In this document: piece after piece, positions 1-14,641 of the stretch
How the letters are laid out: each line of letters starts with the position of its first letter
How positions within the stretch are numbered: the stretch's first letter is position 1
Assembly (NCBI RefSeq): GCF_009914755.1
Contig: NC_060932.1
Strand: one strand, 5' to 3'
DNA length: 64,000 bases
From: the human T2T-CHM13v2.0 reference genome, Homo sapiens
Program-made: the position numbers and the translations under genes
Notes under the pieces: generated by a model
Seen by the model: only the letters and a program-made list of their open reading frames with translations
The model's database searches: none
Told to the model about the DNA's origin: nothing

Positions 1-544
1 ATGGCGAATGCTCCTGTATGCCCAGAAACACCAAGCCAGAAGAGTTGCACTTATTCTATTGCAGACTTTGGCTTAGTGGCTACGGCATTTACAGACTCTG
101 CTTTCCTAGTCAGTTCGCACAACAGCATCAGCAGCTTTTTTTGTCACAGAATGAGCAACATGCCTCATGTTTAGACTACTAGAAAGACTTTGTAATTTTT
201 TCAACCTATCTTGACTTTAAGGTAGCATCTAAAGGAAACTTGTTTGTAGCACACCTGAAATAATTCAATTCAATACCATTTATTCTGCACCCATATAATA
301 GTAGACACTTAGAATTATGTATGAGTCTTGTGTATAATTTTTGATGCTAAAAGTCTCACCTTGGGAGCTAAACTCACAATTTTATTAATATCCCTGTTGA
401 AATATACAACAACGTCCCATGCAACCATTCCAGTATTACTGCACTTGAGTAAAAAGGAGAGATAGCCTTTACTGAAGTTTGCGTTATGAAGGATATACTT
501 GTATGATTAAGATATGAGGCAATTCTTCTGAATATTGTCTAGAA

Positions 545-768
545 CAAGCTTGTTCAACCCACAGCCCATGGGCCACATGTGCCCCAGGATGGTTTTGAGT
601 GCATTCCAACACAAATTGGTAAACTTTCTTAAGACATTGTGAGTTTTTTTGCAATTTTTTTTTTTAGCTTATCAGCTATCGTTAGTGTCAGTGTATTTTA
701 TGCGTGGCCCAGGACAGTTCCTCTTCTTCCAGTGTGGCCCAGGGAAGCCAAAAGATTGGACACCCCTG
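545..768. mobile_element. MER30 hAT-Charlie DNA transposon (MITE)
   Basis: Characteristic body and end (...gaagccaaaagattggacacccctg); perfect 8-bp TSD GTCTAGAA at 537-544 and 769-776. Confidence 0.9.
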
Positions 769-1723
769 GTCTAGAATGAAAGTCGAGGAAATCAGTCCTG
801 GAGTGGTGGATCAACTTTCCGATTGTGAAATCACGCCTCTTATGTTTAAATGTATATTTTGAAATATAAACGACTTTTGTCCTCTCAGCATTTCCTCTTT
901 CCCTTGGCCTGTCTCTGTCCAGCTTGGCCGTTGCACACGCATTGCCTCAAGGAGCTGTGACACAGCCAAGTCCTCCAGAGATACCAAAAGGTGATGAATT
1001 TGGATGAATATGCATTGCGGGAGGTCTCAGCCTGGAAAGTTGATAGGAAATCCCTGGGCTCCAAGGAAGAGGAATGCTTGCACAGACGTGATGAAAATTT
1101 AGGTACTGGCACTTCTGTACCTCTTGTACTCTGCCCTTGTCAAATTGAGCAGGTAGGGGGTAAGGGGTAGGGATGAAAACTCCAGATAGGTTTGGTGTAG
1201 AGACACTGGGAAGTCGAGAAAACCTGTGTCCTTTCCTGGGTAGAAGCCTAGAGAGTTGGCAAGACCAAGAGAATGTGGTGTCCCTAAACAGATGGGGCCA
1301 GAGAGTGTTACTCAGCTCCCAGGGTGAAGGTAGGACCTGAAGGACCTGGGGGTGGTGACTCAGTATTGACTTGTCTGTACCTAGGACTGAAGACCTGCTG
1401 TGGCATGACCCATTGCCTCCCATGCCTTAGCACTGCACAATTACCATAAACCCACCCAGTTCCAGGAAGTGGAAGGAATCCTGAACTGACTGTGATTATT
1501 TTTTCTTCCTGACATCTTAGCAGAATTAAATCATAAAAAAGAGGTCTAGAAAATAAGTGCATTTCTTGAACACTGAGTTTGTAGATTGAGCTTTGTAACC
1601 AGCTCATTCCTATTTTCAACCTTTCCTTTTTGTACATTCCCTCCCCTCAATGATGCCTCCTTCTCTCCCTCAGGTATTCAACACCCTTGTATTCTTTCCT
1701 GCCCCTATTAAAATTTGATGTCA

Positions 1724-2100
<377 letters not shown>

Positions 2101-2121
2101 TTAAAAGTATTACCTTATCCA

Positions 2122-2425
<304 letters not shown>

Positions 2426-3019
2426 TTATCCAGAGATATCTGCACTTTGGGGAGTATTAGAAATTTAGGCCATAAGAGAAAATCCATGATAGCAGAATCC
2501 CGTATTTCTATTAAACAGTGGGACAATGGTTTCCTAGGAGGATTTACCTCTTCCCAGGCCCACAGTCACCCTGAAGCTTGCTTCCCACAGAATGGGGAAA
2601 CTTCACGTTCAATGATTATCAGTAAAACTGCTTCTTAGAGAGCAAGAGTAGTGTTTCTCAACCTTTTGGTTTCCATTTTTGCTCCCCTAACGAGCCTCTT
2701 TAGACGTTTCTTTCCTAATTGGCCTCTCCCATGAAATTTTAATACCTCAGAAACATTATTAAGAGCTACTCTTAGTGTACTATATGCATAGCTATGCTTT
2801 ATATATAAAAAGGGTAAAAGTGGGTTTTTTTGTTGTGGGTTTTTTTTTTTTTGTGCCTTCCCTCCCAAAAACCTATTTTTGTTCCCTTGGGGGACATATT
2901 TGCCTCATTGAAAATGCATGTTATGAGTCAGCACAAAACTGGGTCCCCAGAGCCATAAGAAATGAAGAGGGCCTATTGCCCGCTCCCACCCAAGCCCTGT
3001 TCCCAGCTTTCTTTCCCTC

Positions 3020-3296
<277 letters not shown>

Positions 3297-3943
3297 TTTT
3301 TCCCATCTTTGAAATAACTCAGGCTACTTGTAAGAAAGATAGAGAACATTCTCAATCTATAGGTTCTCACTGCCTCAGGTGGTCCAATAAATACATTTCT
3401 TGGAAGTTTAGGAAGACATGATTTTTATTCTTTGAACTTGTTAGAATTTAGTCCGTGTTCAAGACTTGGCCAGTGGAATTTGAGGTACTTGACTCACATC
3501 AAAGTGTTTCTATTAACAGTGAGCCAACCCAAATCCTATTAAAATGGCATCCCGTGGACTCCTTGACCCTCCCAACAATTGCCTTTTGTTAGAGCAGCAT
3601 GACAGGGTACATTGTGTGATGGGTGTTTATAATGAACTGGCATATCCACAGGCTGTAATTATAAGAAGCATAATGGTATCTCATGTTTATATTGCTTGCT
3701 TTCATCTTCGTGAATCCCAAGGCATTTGACACATTATATTATTAATAATAAAATAGACACATACATTAATTAAAGCATCCCTCTTTTTAAATGTATACAC
3801 TTATACAATAGACTACATAAGTTTATTATTATGTAGAAATGTGCACAATCGAGTTAGCACTTGCAGAAAATGAGCTTCCTCATAGTCAGTGTGATATTGC
3901 ACTAGAGCAATCTAACTGCTCTGACAGGGTGCACCCTTATCCA

Positions 3944-3963
3944 CTTCCACCTGGTGGCGGGCC
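3944..3963. promoter_or_regulatory. Candidate CTCF motif
   Basis: CCACCTGGTGGCGG on + and CCACCAGGTGGAAG on -, each one mismatch from the CTCF core CCASYAGRKGGCRS; lies in non-repeat sequence. Confidence 0.45.
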
Positions 3964-5180
3964 AAGCCCAGGAGCAGTGAACTCATAAATTTGCTCTTTC
4001 ATTCATTCACTCATTCATTCATTCATTCATCCATTCCCTAAACATTTGTCTCAGGTTGGCTTCTACCCTGTAGCAACAACCATCCTAGGTGCTGGCTTTC
4101 CTTGGCTAGTATGTGGCAGGAAGTCAGTAAGTCAGGGATGATGTTAATATATAGAAGCTGCAAGCCATGGAAAATGTGAAGTTTCCTTCCTGGCACTCAC
4201 TTTTGGGTGTGACAGTCACTTTAAAGACACATGCACACATGCCTGAAGCTTAAAGTTCTTGTGCTTCCACTAAATAAATCAAAGCCACAGCATGCCCTCA
4301 TCCTTGACTACTCCTAAGAATCCTGCAGTCCCCAGACAGACACATGCATCTGCTCAAAGTCACAGCAACCATCCTGGCAGCTGCTTTCCCTCTGAGAATT
4401 TTATGTTGCTCCCAACAGAGGAAGGGGTGGCCTAAGTTGCTCAGCAGCCCCTAGTCAAGCTCCAGTCTGGTCTTTCTAGTGATGCGTGCTGGCTTGTTTT
4501 GTTCGCACTAGCTGGTCTTATTCAGTCAACGCTAGGCACGTCCATGAGTCCCAGGCAAGTCTTCCGAGGAGAGAGACAGGTAGGATACACCTAGGAGTAT
4601 GAGCAATGGTGGCTGCCTCTACAACATGATTGGGAGTTGGACGACTTATTGCACCACAGAAGTATCCGCCACCAGCTTACAGATGCCTGATGTTCACTGC
4701 AAAGTCCTCTTTTGAATCTTTGAAAGACTAGTTCAGTCTGGAAAGGCCTCAGCCTCTCATCTCCTGATTGCTTTGGAAGGGTCAGAAGGGATCAAAGCAA
4801 TGGAGGAAGGAGGGAAATTAGGCACAGGCAAATGCCGTCACCAATTTGGTTGGAGGCAAATTCGGCCAATCTGACTGACAACTGGGCATTTCCTCCTGAC
4901 AGTTGCTGTATAATAGCAGTGCTCAGGTAGATAGTCCCAGCACAGAATATTCAAGGTGCTTGCAGGTACACTAGCTTCACATCATTTCTTCTCCAGCTTC
5001 TCTGGCCTGCACAAGAAGCAGGGACAAAGAATACCACTTGCTTTTTCTTTAACAAACATTTTGCCCTGGGAGAAGCATGGGTTTAGTACCATAATGTTAC
5101 TGACTTTTTCTTTTTTTGAGACACTAAGAATTTCACCTCTCTGAGTCTCAGAAAACTTCTCTAAAATGAGAAGATAATAT

Positions 5181-5623
5181 AGAGGACATTATGTTAAGTG
5201 AAATAAGCCAGACACAGAAAGACAAACATGGCATGTTCTCACTCATAGGTGGGAGCTAAAACAAAAAATGGAACTCATGGAGATAGAGAGAAGAGTGATG
5301 GTTACCAGAGGCTGGAAATGGTAGCAGGGAGTGGGGATAAAGTGTGGATGGTTCATGGATACAAAAATACAGTTAGACAGAAGAAAAGATCTAGCGCTCA
5401 GCAGCCCAATAGGGTGACTATAGTTAACAATAATTTATTGCATGTTGTAAAATAACTAAAAGAGTAAAATTGGAATGTTCCTAACACAAAGAAATAATAA
5501 ATGCTTGAGGTGATGAATACTTCTATTACCCTAATTTGATCATTATGCATCATATGCTTGTATCTAAATATCACATGTGCCCCAGAAATATTTACAACTA
5601 TATGCATCCATAATAATTAAAAA
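5181..5623 (+). mobile_element. L1MA-type 3' end fragment
   Basis: gaggacattatgttaagtgaaataagccag...ggttaccagaggctgg...aatgcttgaggtgatg motifs of old L1 3' ends. Confidence 0.85.
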
Positions 5624-5799
5624 TATGTGTGTGTATGTATGCATATGTGTGTGTGTGTATGTATAAATATACATATAAACTCTTTCAAAAAAAGACTGGA
5701 CAAATGAGGGTCTTTCTCACTCTAAAATCTTTGGTCGTGTGGCTTGCTGAATGCTGTTTATCCACACTCTCTCTCACCCACGTCCTGGGGACCCAGAGA

Positions 5800-5976
5800 G
5801 CTGCACCAGCTTCAAGAGCATGTGGCCTATGCAGTTGCACCAGTCTCTGAGGTCAGAAGGTCTCATGTTTGATTTAATGTTCTGCTGCCATTGTCTTGAA
5901 ATTCTTAGTAATTTTTGAACAAGGACCTCACATTTTCATTTTGCACTGGGCCTTTCCAATCACATAGCCAGTCCTG
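5800..5976. mobile_element. MER91A-like hAT-Tip100 element
   Basis: gtcttgaaattcttagtaatttttgaacaagg...cattttcattttgcactgggcc...agccagtcctg. Confidence 0.75.
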
Positions 5977-6079
5977 CCTGAGGGCATGCATCTTGGACAT
6001 TCCTTCCTCTTGGAAGCCTTTTCCAGGCCCTCAAGGAGAGCTGGCTACCCTTCTGGGCTCTTTAGAAGCCTGATCTATG

Positions 6080-6372
6080 AGACCGGGTGCGATGGCTCAT
6101 GATTGTAATCCCAGCACTTTGGGAGGCCAAGGAGGGTAGATCGCTTGAGCTCAGAAGTTTGAGACCATCCTGGCCAACATGGCAAAATCTTGACTCTACT
6201 AAAAATACAAAAAATTAACTGGGCATGTTGACACATGCCTGTAATCCCAGCTACTCATGAGGTTGAGGCACAAGAATAGCTTCAATCCAGAAGACGGAGG
6301 TTGCAGTGAGCCGAGATCGCAGCCTGGGCGACAGAGTGAGACTCTGTCTCAAAGAAAGAAGAAAAAGAAAAA
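6080..6372 (+). mobile_element. Alu (S/J) with small right-arm deletion
   Basis: Full Alu lacking the gccactgcactcc segment; TSD aagcctgatct(a/g)tga on both sides. Confidence 0.9.
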
Positions 6373-6409
6373 AGCCTGATCTGTGAGACTCATCACACCA
6401 TTTGCTAGT

Positions 6410-6800
6410 ACTTCTCTGTTAGACTGTGAGCCCTTTGAGGAAAAGAACTATGACAACATTCTTGTACCTTCTATGGCAGTGAAGTGGTTGGCACTATTGG
6501 GCACATAGTAGATGTTCAATAAATATTCCTGGAACGAATTTCAGTGTTTTGAATGTGCAACGTCTTCCTAACAAGTGTTAATATAGCTGTTAAATATATT
6601 TATTAACTAATTTAGCAAGTATATATGAAACTTTTATTATGTGCTAGGCCCTGAGTAGGTTATTTAAATAGTATAGAAAAAAAAAGGATCCCTAATATGG
6701 AAGCTTCACTCAAATGGGGAGATAGAAAATTAATGAGAGATCCAATATATATATTATCAAAATTGTGTTGATTCCTCTAAAAAAAATAGGGCAGAGTAAA
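6410..6800. mobile_element. L2 fragments
   Basis: agactgtgagccctttgagg and ggcacatagtagatgttcaataaatatt L2 3' motifs. Confidence 0.6.
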
Positions 6801-7159
6801 AGAAAACAATGTTACAGCACTTATCTCTCTCTACAGAGCTTAAAGCTAAGTAAGACATGAAAAAGTGGGTTCGGATGTTCGGTAGGTTAGGCGTATTAAA
6901 TGCATTTTGACTTCCCTACAGTGGCTGAATGGCATGTGATTTTCCTGAGAGAATGGGGAGACACTGAAGGATATGACATGGTCAGTTGACAAGTGGAGGG
7001 AAAGGATGAGAGATGGACCAGATGGAAGCAGACCAGGGAGAGGTCATTACAGTGATCTGAGGCCTTGGCCTTTAAAGTTGTACTTATGCACCACATGTTA
7101 AAGTTTTTGAGCGTGGCCTTCAAAATATAAATATCCATTTATAAATTATATAGGCTAGT

Positions 7160-7475
7160 GTACAGAGGTCTAATTGACTCACAGTTCCTCAGGACTGGGG
7201 AGGCCTCAGGAAACTTACAATCATGGCGGAAGGGGAAGCAAACACATCCTTCTTCACACGGCAGCAGCAAGGAGAAGTGCAGAGCAAAGGTGGGGAAAAG
7301 CCCTTAGAAAACCACCAGATCGTCTGAGAACTCATTCACTATCATGAGAATAGCATGGAGGTAACTACCCCTATGGTTCAGTTACCTCCCACTGGGTCCC
7401 TCCCACGACACGTGGGGATTACGGGAACTACAATTCAAGATGATATCTGGGTGGGGACACAGCCAAACCATATCA
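7160..7475 (-). mobile_element. THE1 (C/D-like) MaLR LTR
   Basis: gactcacagttcc...ggaggcctcaggaaacttacaatcatggcggaagg...gtggggacacagccaaaccatatca. Confidence 0.9.
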
Positions 7476-7640
7476 CCCATTAACCCACCAACCCATTAAC
7501 CTATTAATCCATTCATGGATTAACAGGGCAGATCCTTCATGACTCAATCACCTCTAAAAGGCTCCACCTTTCAATGCTGCCATATTAGGGATTAAGTTTC
7601 AACATAAGTTCCTCAAGAGGCAACCATTCAAACCATAGCA
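7476..7640 (-). mobile_element. MST/MLT-type MaLR LTR fragment adjoining the THE1
   Basis: atcacctctaaaaggctccacc...gggattaagtttcaacat...cattcaaaccatagca. Confidence 0.75.
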
Positions 7641-8078
7641 GTATATATTTCAAACAAATACATGTGTATACATAAACATATATTACATATACTTGAACAT
7701 ATATAATAAATACTATTTTAAAGATGAAACGAAATATGTAAAAATAGAAGTTCTTACCCTGTTTTCCTCTCACCCTGCAGTGGGTTTGCTGAACTAAAAA
7801 TTCTGATTCTCAGAGTGAGTAGGATTTGGGATACTATTTTTGTGCATTACCGTAATGCACACTCAGGTCTGATAACCATGGGCTTAGACCACATTTTCAG
7901 AGCATTTGAATACTAGTAACAACAAATTCTAACACAATTGTTTCCATTGTTTGGGGAAAGTGAATTTTTTGTCTATGGTCGCCATTACAGAAAATAGGAA
8001 CAGCATCTTACCAAAGCGAAGATAATTTTCACAAATTTTTTTTTCCGTCTTAAAAATTATATTTTTGTATAACTGTTA

Positions 8079-8359
<281 letters not shown>

Positions 8360-9716
8360 TCTCCATCCCCCACAAAATCATTTTGGTGGGGGGACCGTGG
8401 GAGAATTTCTCATTGGCCTAGTTAAATTTCTGAAATTACTCACTAATTTTGACTTGACAGTCTACTTGATTTTGGATGAAAGAAGGCGTGTGTTCATCTA
8501 ACTTAAGTGTTTCAGTGATGAAACTGGTGGTATCGGGGGCTTTTGCCATGATATGTGCCAGCACTGTGCTGTGGCCCATCACTGTGAAGGGTCTAAGCAA
8601 TGCCAAAGGGGATGCATATGCATAAAGAACCCCATGCCCCTACGCAGATACTGCTGCTGGAGGGGTCCCTAGACAGAAACTCCCAGAGCCGATTGCCTGC
8701 CAGAAGTCAGCAAGAACATCGAAGGCTGCTCGCACTGGCTGAGCCACGCTCTCTCTGGACCTGACCTTTTCCTTCCTTTTTGTCAGAGTGGCCTTGTCCT
8801 GTTCCCACCCATCTCCTTATGGTCTTACCCCAAGAGCTCAGACACCATGACTCACATTAGCCCCTGAAGCACTCACAGAGGGCAGGAGGTCCAGGTAATG
8901 AAACGTTCCTCATGCCTTTTGCTCCTTCTAGGAAAGGGTTTGAGATTCCCTCCCGCACCCTCCCCTAACAAGACAGATGCTCTTTTCCCAACCAAATCCC
9001 CATGCTAACAGATGTATATTTGTAAGTCAGTTTCACTAGGGCATCTGTGAAGGCAAATTTCCTTATCCAAATATTCACTGGGACAGAGGGCAGTGGTGGA
9101 GGAGTGGAGGGAAAAGAACAATAAAATGTTTCAGGGATTGTAATTATTTGTTAAAAATCATTCTTCCTGATTGTGTTGTATTTCAGCATTTGTCAGGTTC
9201 TGGTTTTTATAGATACAGATTTTCCCAGGGACCCACGATAATGTCTCCCTGTTGGATATAGACACACTGGGAACTTTAGGAAGACACAGGTCGACCTCTC
9301 AACCACTAGGTTTCATAGGAGGTGTGGGAATACTAAAGTTGTCACTCACTGAGATCGAGAGGAGATTAAGCTACATAGAAACTCAGCAAATAAAGCCCAG
9401 GGCATCAAATTATGGGAAGGCTTTAAAACCTAGTCATTAAAATAATAATTCATCTTAAAATAGACATTTCTCTAGATGCAAACTACAGGCCTTTTGTCTC
9501 CTTAATGCTCATGTATTTCTACTTTTTTATACTCTGAGAAAAATCAGTTTTAAAAAATGTTTTCCCCAGATTATTTATTCCTTATTTTATTTCTATTTGG
9601 TTTTTCTCTTTTTTAAATGAGAAACAATAGTGGACAGAAAGCAAAGTTATTGATAGAAATCAACGATTAGAAATGAAAGCTATTTTTTGTTCTTGGCGTG
9701 GCAAATAAAGAGCTAA

Positions 9717-10065
9717 CCTGTGTCCCTACCCAAATCTCATCTTGAATTGTAGCTCCCATAATTCCCATGTGTTGTAGGGGGGACCTGGTGGGAGATCTTT
9801 GAATCGGGGGGGTGGTTTCCCCATACTGTTCTTGTGGTGGTGAATAAATCTCACGAGATCTGATGGTTTTATAAGGGGAAACCCCTTTTGCTGGGTTCTC
9901 ATTCTGTCTTGACTGCTGCCATGTAAGACGTGCCTTTCACCTTCTACCATGATTTTGAGGCCTCCCCAGCCATGTAAAACTGTGAATCCATTAAACCTCT
10001 TTTTCTTTATAAATTACCCAGTCTCAGGTATGTCTTTATCAGCAGCGTGAAAACGGACTAATACA
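9717..10065 (+). mobile_element. THE1B-like solo LTR
   Basis: ctgtgtccctacccaaatctcatcttgaattgtagctcccataattccc...attaaacctc...aaacggactaataca. Confidence 0.92.
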
Positions 10066-10099
10066 GTACTACACTAAACCCTTAATATACACCACTTCC

Positions 10100-10420
10100 T
10101 ATGAACCTCACAATGGTGCTCTGATTTAGGTTGTTACTATGTCCATTTTACAGATAAGGAAACTAAGACTTCAAGACTTTCTAGTGCTTAATAGCATGGA
10201 CTTTGGAGTTTGGGTTTAACTCTGGCAACTTACTAGTTTTAGGAATCTGGACAATGTCCTTTCTCCTTATCTGTAAAATAAGGATAACTGTGGTATGACC
10301 CTCGTTGGCTTATTGTGAGGATGAAATGAGCTTTTTCATGTAAGGCACTGAGAAAAGAGTTTGGTATGCCACAGGTTCTCGGTTAATGCTTGTTATTATG
10401 ATCATTCCTCAGGGTCACAC
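10100..10420. mobile_element. MIR fragments
   Basis: ccattttacagataaggaaactaag and atctgtaaaataaggata...gtgaggatgaaatgag core motifs in both orientations. Confidence 0.7.
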
Positions 10421-10970
10421 AGCTAGTTGTGACCATTTGCTCTCATCTGTCAGCTGTGCTAAGTTCGAATTGCCATGAGCACTGGAAACCTGCTTGCTCC
10501 ATACAACTCCACTGCTGTCCAGCACAGTGCCCAGCTCCTGGCAGGGACTCCATAAATATTTACTGAACTAATGAATCACTGTCAGACTCCACATCCCAAG
10601 CTTATAACTGCTCTGCCATATCACATCTCAAAATGTTATCTTCTAAGTGAAGAAAGCTGAAACTTAGGTAAAGTTCATTTGCCCAAGATCCTACAGGATC
10701 CTGCAAGATCCTGGTTCTTTGCAACTGCTGGAGCAACCTGTTCTTCCTTTCCCTGAATCAAAAGTACACATATTTCAGAGTCTCTTCCTTGCTCTGTTGT
10801 CACTGTTCACTTATGAATACAAGAAACCTTGTTTAAACTTCCACTCATACTGCAAGCAGTGTCTTGAAACACATAAGCAACCTTAGTTACAGAATCCAGT
10901 TAATTTTGCTTCTTATGGGGGTATAAATCTGGGCAGCTGTAACTTAGGGTAAGAATCTTGTCTTAACATC

Positions 10971-11269
10971 TTTTTTTTTTTTTTTCGAGACAGAGTCTCA
11001 TTCTGTCATGCTCAGGCTGGTGTGCAGTGGTGCGATCTCGACTCACTGCAGCCTCCGCCTCCTGGGTTCAAGTGACTCTCCTGTCTGAGCCTCCCGAGTA
11101 GCTGGGATTACAGGCTCCCGTCACCATGCCCAGCTAATTTTGTATTTTTAGTAGAGATGGAATTTCACCATGTTGGCCAGGCTGGTCTCAAATTCCTGAC
11201 CTCAGGTGATCCACCCACCTCCGCCTCCCAAAGTGCTAGGATTACAGGCGTGAGCCATTACGCCTGGCC
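10971..11269 (-). mobile_element. AluSx-like
   Basis: Full reverse Alu; TSD tcttaacatcttt on both sides. Confidence 0.93.
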
Positions 11270-11355
11270 ATCTTAACATCTTTAATGGAAGCTGCTAAGG
11301 AGAACATTTTTAGGCGCTACTTCTCAGTGTCTTTTAATTCAAATACATAACACAT

Positions 11356-11356
<1 letters not shown>

Positions 11357-11391
<35 letters not shown>
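11357..11391. repeat. (CA)n microsatellite
   Basis: About 17 CA units. Confidence 0.97.
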
Positions 11392-11395
<4 letters not shown>

Positions 11396-11936
11396 TGCCC
11401 AGTGGGAATGTGAAGAGGAAACTGTGCAATTAGTATCAATGAGTATTGTAGATAAATGACTACGAAGTCAAATCACATAAATCCAATTTCAATTCTTCGA
11501 CCATGGACTTGTTCCTTCTAATTTAAAATTCATACTCATTTTAATATATTAATGAGAGTGAATTACATTCACTTACCATTATCTCACTGAGGCCCAGAAA
11601 TAACATTTGTTACAGTGCAAACTGAATAGTACTTTGTGGGTGTCTGCTGGAAGAGGATGTGAGAAACTACTACAAGGGAATTAACCCTTGCAGTCCCCTG
11701 GCCCTGCGCACCACTATAACCCTCTGTCTGAGAATGAATTCCAGCTGGGCAGATGTTGAATTTCAGCTGGGCAGCTGCGTAGATCTCCCTGGCAACCACC
11801 AATTACCAAGTTATACCTTGTTTCCAGCCACAATACCTTGACTGTATTAGTATTTAGAGTTTCAGCACTTCTGAAAAAATGCCACTGTCACTACCCCTTG
11901 CCAGTGTCCCTGTGAAGTTTGCATTTGTGCACAATA

Positions 11937-11990
11937 TTAGATTGGTACAAAAGTAATTGTGGTTTTGCCATTACTTTTGCACCAACCTAA
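11937..11990. mobile_element. MADE1 mariner MITE, internally deleted (54 bp)
   Basis: TIRs ttagattggtacaaaagtaat / attacttttgcaccaacctaa, flanked by TA on both sides. Confidence 0.9.
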
Positions 11991-12514
11991 TATATATTTG
12001 TGTGTGTATGTGTGTATGTTTCAGAAATTCACTAACTCCAGGAAAGTAAATTTGAGTAATGTGAACAACAAGGCTGTATTTCCAGTCTGGGAAGGTTCTC
12101 CTTTAGATGCCATCATGTAGAAATAGTTATCTAGGTTTGGCATTTTAACCTGAAATGAAGTATTTCTCGTTTGCTTTGCTAAGTCGGAATGTACAATGCA
12201 TTTTCACTTGTTGTTTATTTATCCATTTATTCATTGCTACTATGCAACAAATAATTTTCTAAAGAATATACTTTTCTCTAAATGAGCTAATAAACATAAG
12301 AATACTGTATTTACAAACTGACCACTATTAGAGCAAATGCTAAAGTGATACACACATCCAGGCACAGTTTGTTACCTTTAGCACTGATCCCTAACCAGAT
12401 AAAAATCATAATTTAATCCAATCCTGGCCTCACTCAGGCCCAAGGAAAAACTAGCTTGCTAATTATCTTTGTCTTCTCTTCAGCTTAAAAATATTTCTAG
12501 GGAATATTCTAGAA

Positions 12515-12672
12515 TTTAGTGTTGTGGTTTGTTTTCAGCAGCCTCAGCAACTCTGGGGAACTTGTTAGAAATGCAGTATCTCAGGCCACTTCGGAGCCAC
12601 TGAATCAAGGCTGGACATTTTCATATGATCCCTGGGGGATTCATGCACATATTAAAATTTGAGAAACACTAC
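12515..12672. mobile_element. MER5A-like
   Basis: ggaacttgttagaaatgcag...tcatgcacatattaaaatttgagaaacact. Confidence 0.75.
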
Positions 12673-13610
12673 CGTAGACAATAGCTAGTCCTGTTTTAAC
12701 AGAAAAGCCACTCTCTAAATTTTGCAAGGAAGGCCACATTGGTCCTTCTAACTTCCTCTCTATTCCCTGGTAAACCTCAACTCTCCTAGAGTCAATCTCT
12801 CTGTTCTGACATAGTAGCTGCCTCAATAGCTTAGAGGTCTTTTCACCAAGACTGCTTCTCTCTGAGTGTCAACACACACCTGCTAACTCTAGATTCATCA
12901 CACCCAGCAAAGAGTGCGATGGAATGTGGCTTACCTCCATGCTCAGCTCATGATGGTAGCACTACTGTTAACAATGGAACAAAGCCATTGTTATAGAGGC
13001 CCACATACTGCCTGCTCTTTTGTCCATTTGATATAAATTCCAAGAGGTTCATTGATTCCTTGCCTCTCTCCTGCTTGGTTTGGAGCTCCTGAGCATGTCC
13101 ATTCAGACTTAATTCCGTGTCTGCCTTGCTGAATTGCTGCAGGATGAATGTCTAGGTCTTGGCCCATTTACAAATCTAATCAGTAGAAAAGCTGCGGGTG
13201 GCAAAGTGGTCAGGCTGACCTGACTGTGCAGCAGATTCCTTCCGGAAATTTGCTAATCTATGATCTTGAATCCTATCCAGGCAGCCCCCAGCCAGCTTCC
13301 TCCTCCAAGCTTTTACCCCTTCCACCCAAGACTGTTAGACTCAGTACTGATAGTCTCTTGTGTTGAAAAATAAAAAAGACTAAGAAAAGACATATTATAG
13401 ATATAGAGTGATATATATTATCCAGCAAATGCCCATCTTCCTTTCCCTAGCCAAATGAGATTATTTTTTCTTCTCCTATCGGGTATTTTGCACCACTGTA
13501 TTTGCAGATTAATTCTCCGCTTGTAAATGAATGCTTTTCTTCCTAATAACCCTATTAGGCTTCTAAAAATCATTCAAAGGTTTAAAAGGACTATACTTTT
13601 TTCCTCCTAA

Positions 13611-13668
<58 letters not shown>

Positions 13669-13722
13669 ATCTGTCTATCTATATTATCTATTTCTCTGTG
13701 TGTGTGTATATATATATATATA
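13611..13722. repeat. Compound STR (ATCT)~14, then (TG)n(TA)n
   Basis: Direct reading; adjoins the tail of the following Alu. Confidence 0.95.
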
Positions 13723-14096
<374 letters not shown>

Positions 14097-14641
14097 TAGC
14101 AGCAATAGTGAACTAATCACATTTATGGTGAATCTATTGGGTAGATCTCCACAATGTGTCTTGCAGATGACACATTCAATGGTTATCTGAACATGGCTAT
14201 GTATTTAGCTGGTATAAACTAGCATGGCAACCAGTCCTTGACCTGTGCAACCCATGTAGTTTTGCAGCCTTGGAGCTGATGCTCTTCCTCCATGAAGGCT
14301 AAACTAATGAGTAGTGAACAGCAAGGTCATCTTGGGCCTGGTTAGCTGTTTTTATGCAAGTATAAATTAAAAATTCTACAGCACATTTTTCAGATCGTGT
14401 CACTCACAAAAAATGGCGACATTCGTACGGTGCACTGAGGTCACCTGGAGATAATTCATATCCCCTAACAAGCCTGCTGTCATGAAGATGACCACTCATG
14501 GGCCTCTGGCCACCCAGCCCCAGCTTGGTCATGTGGCAATGGGGTGTCAGTATCTCAGAGCACACTGTTTGGGAGTGTTTGTTCTCCTCAGAACAAATGC
14601 CACCGAGTGCCACCTGAGGGCAATTTTTCACACTCTGCCAC

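Noticed and set aside
947-1637. 158-aa and 109-aa overlapping minus-strand ORFs
   Set aside because: No homology that I recognise, Ser/Pro-biased composition and no supporting exon structure; consistent with chance.
10686-10714. Three 10-bp repeats agatcctaca/ggatcctgca/agatcctggt
   Set aside because: Short slippage repeat with no spacers or functional context.
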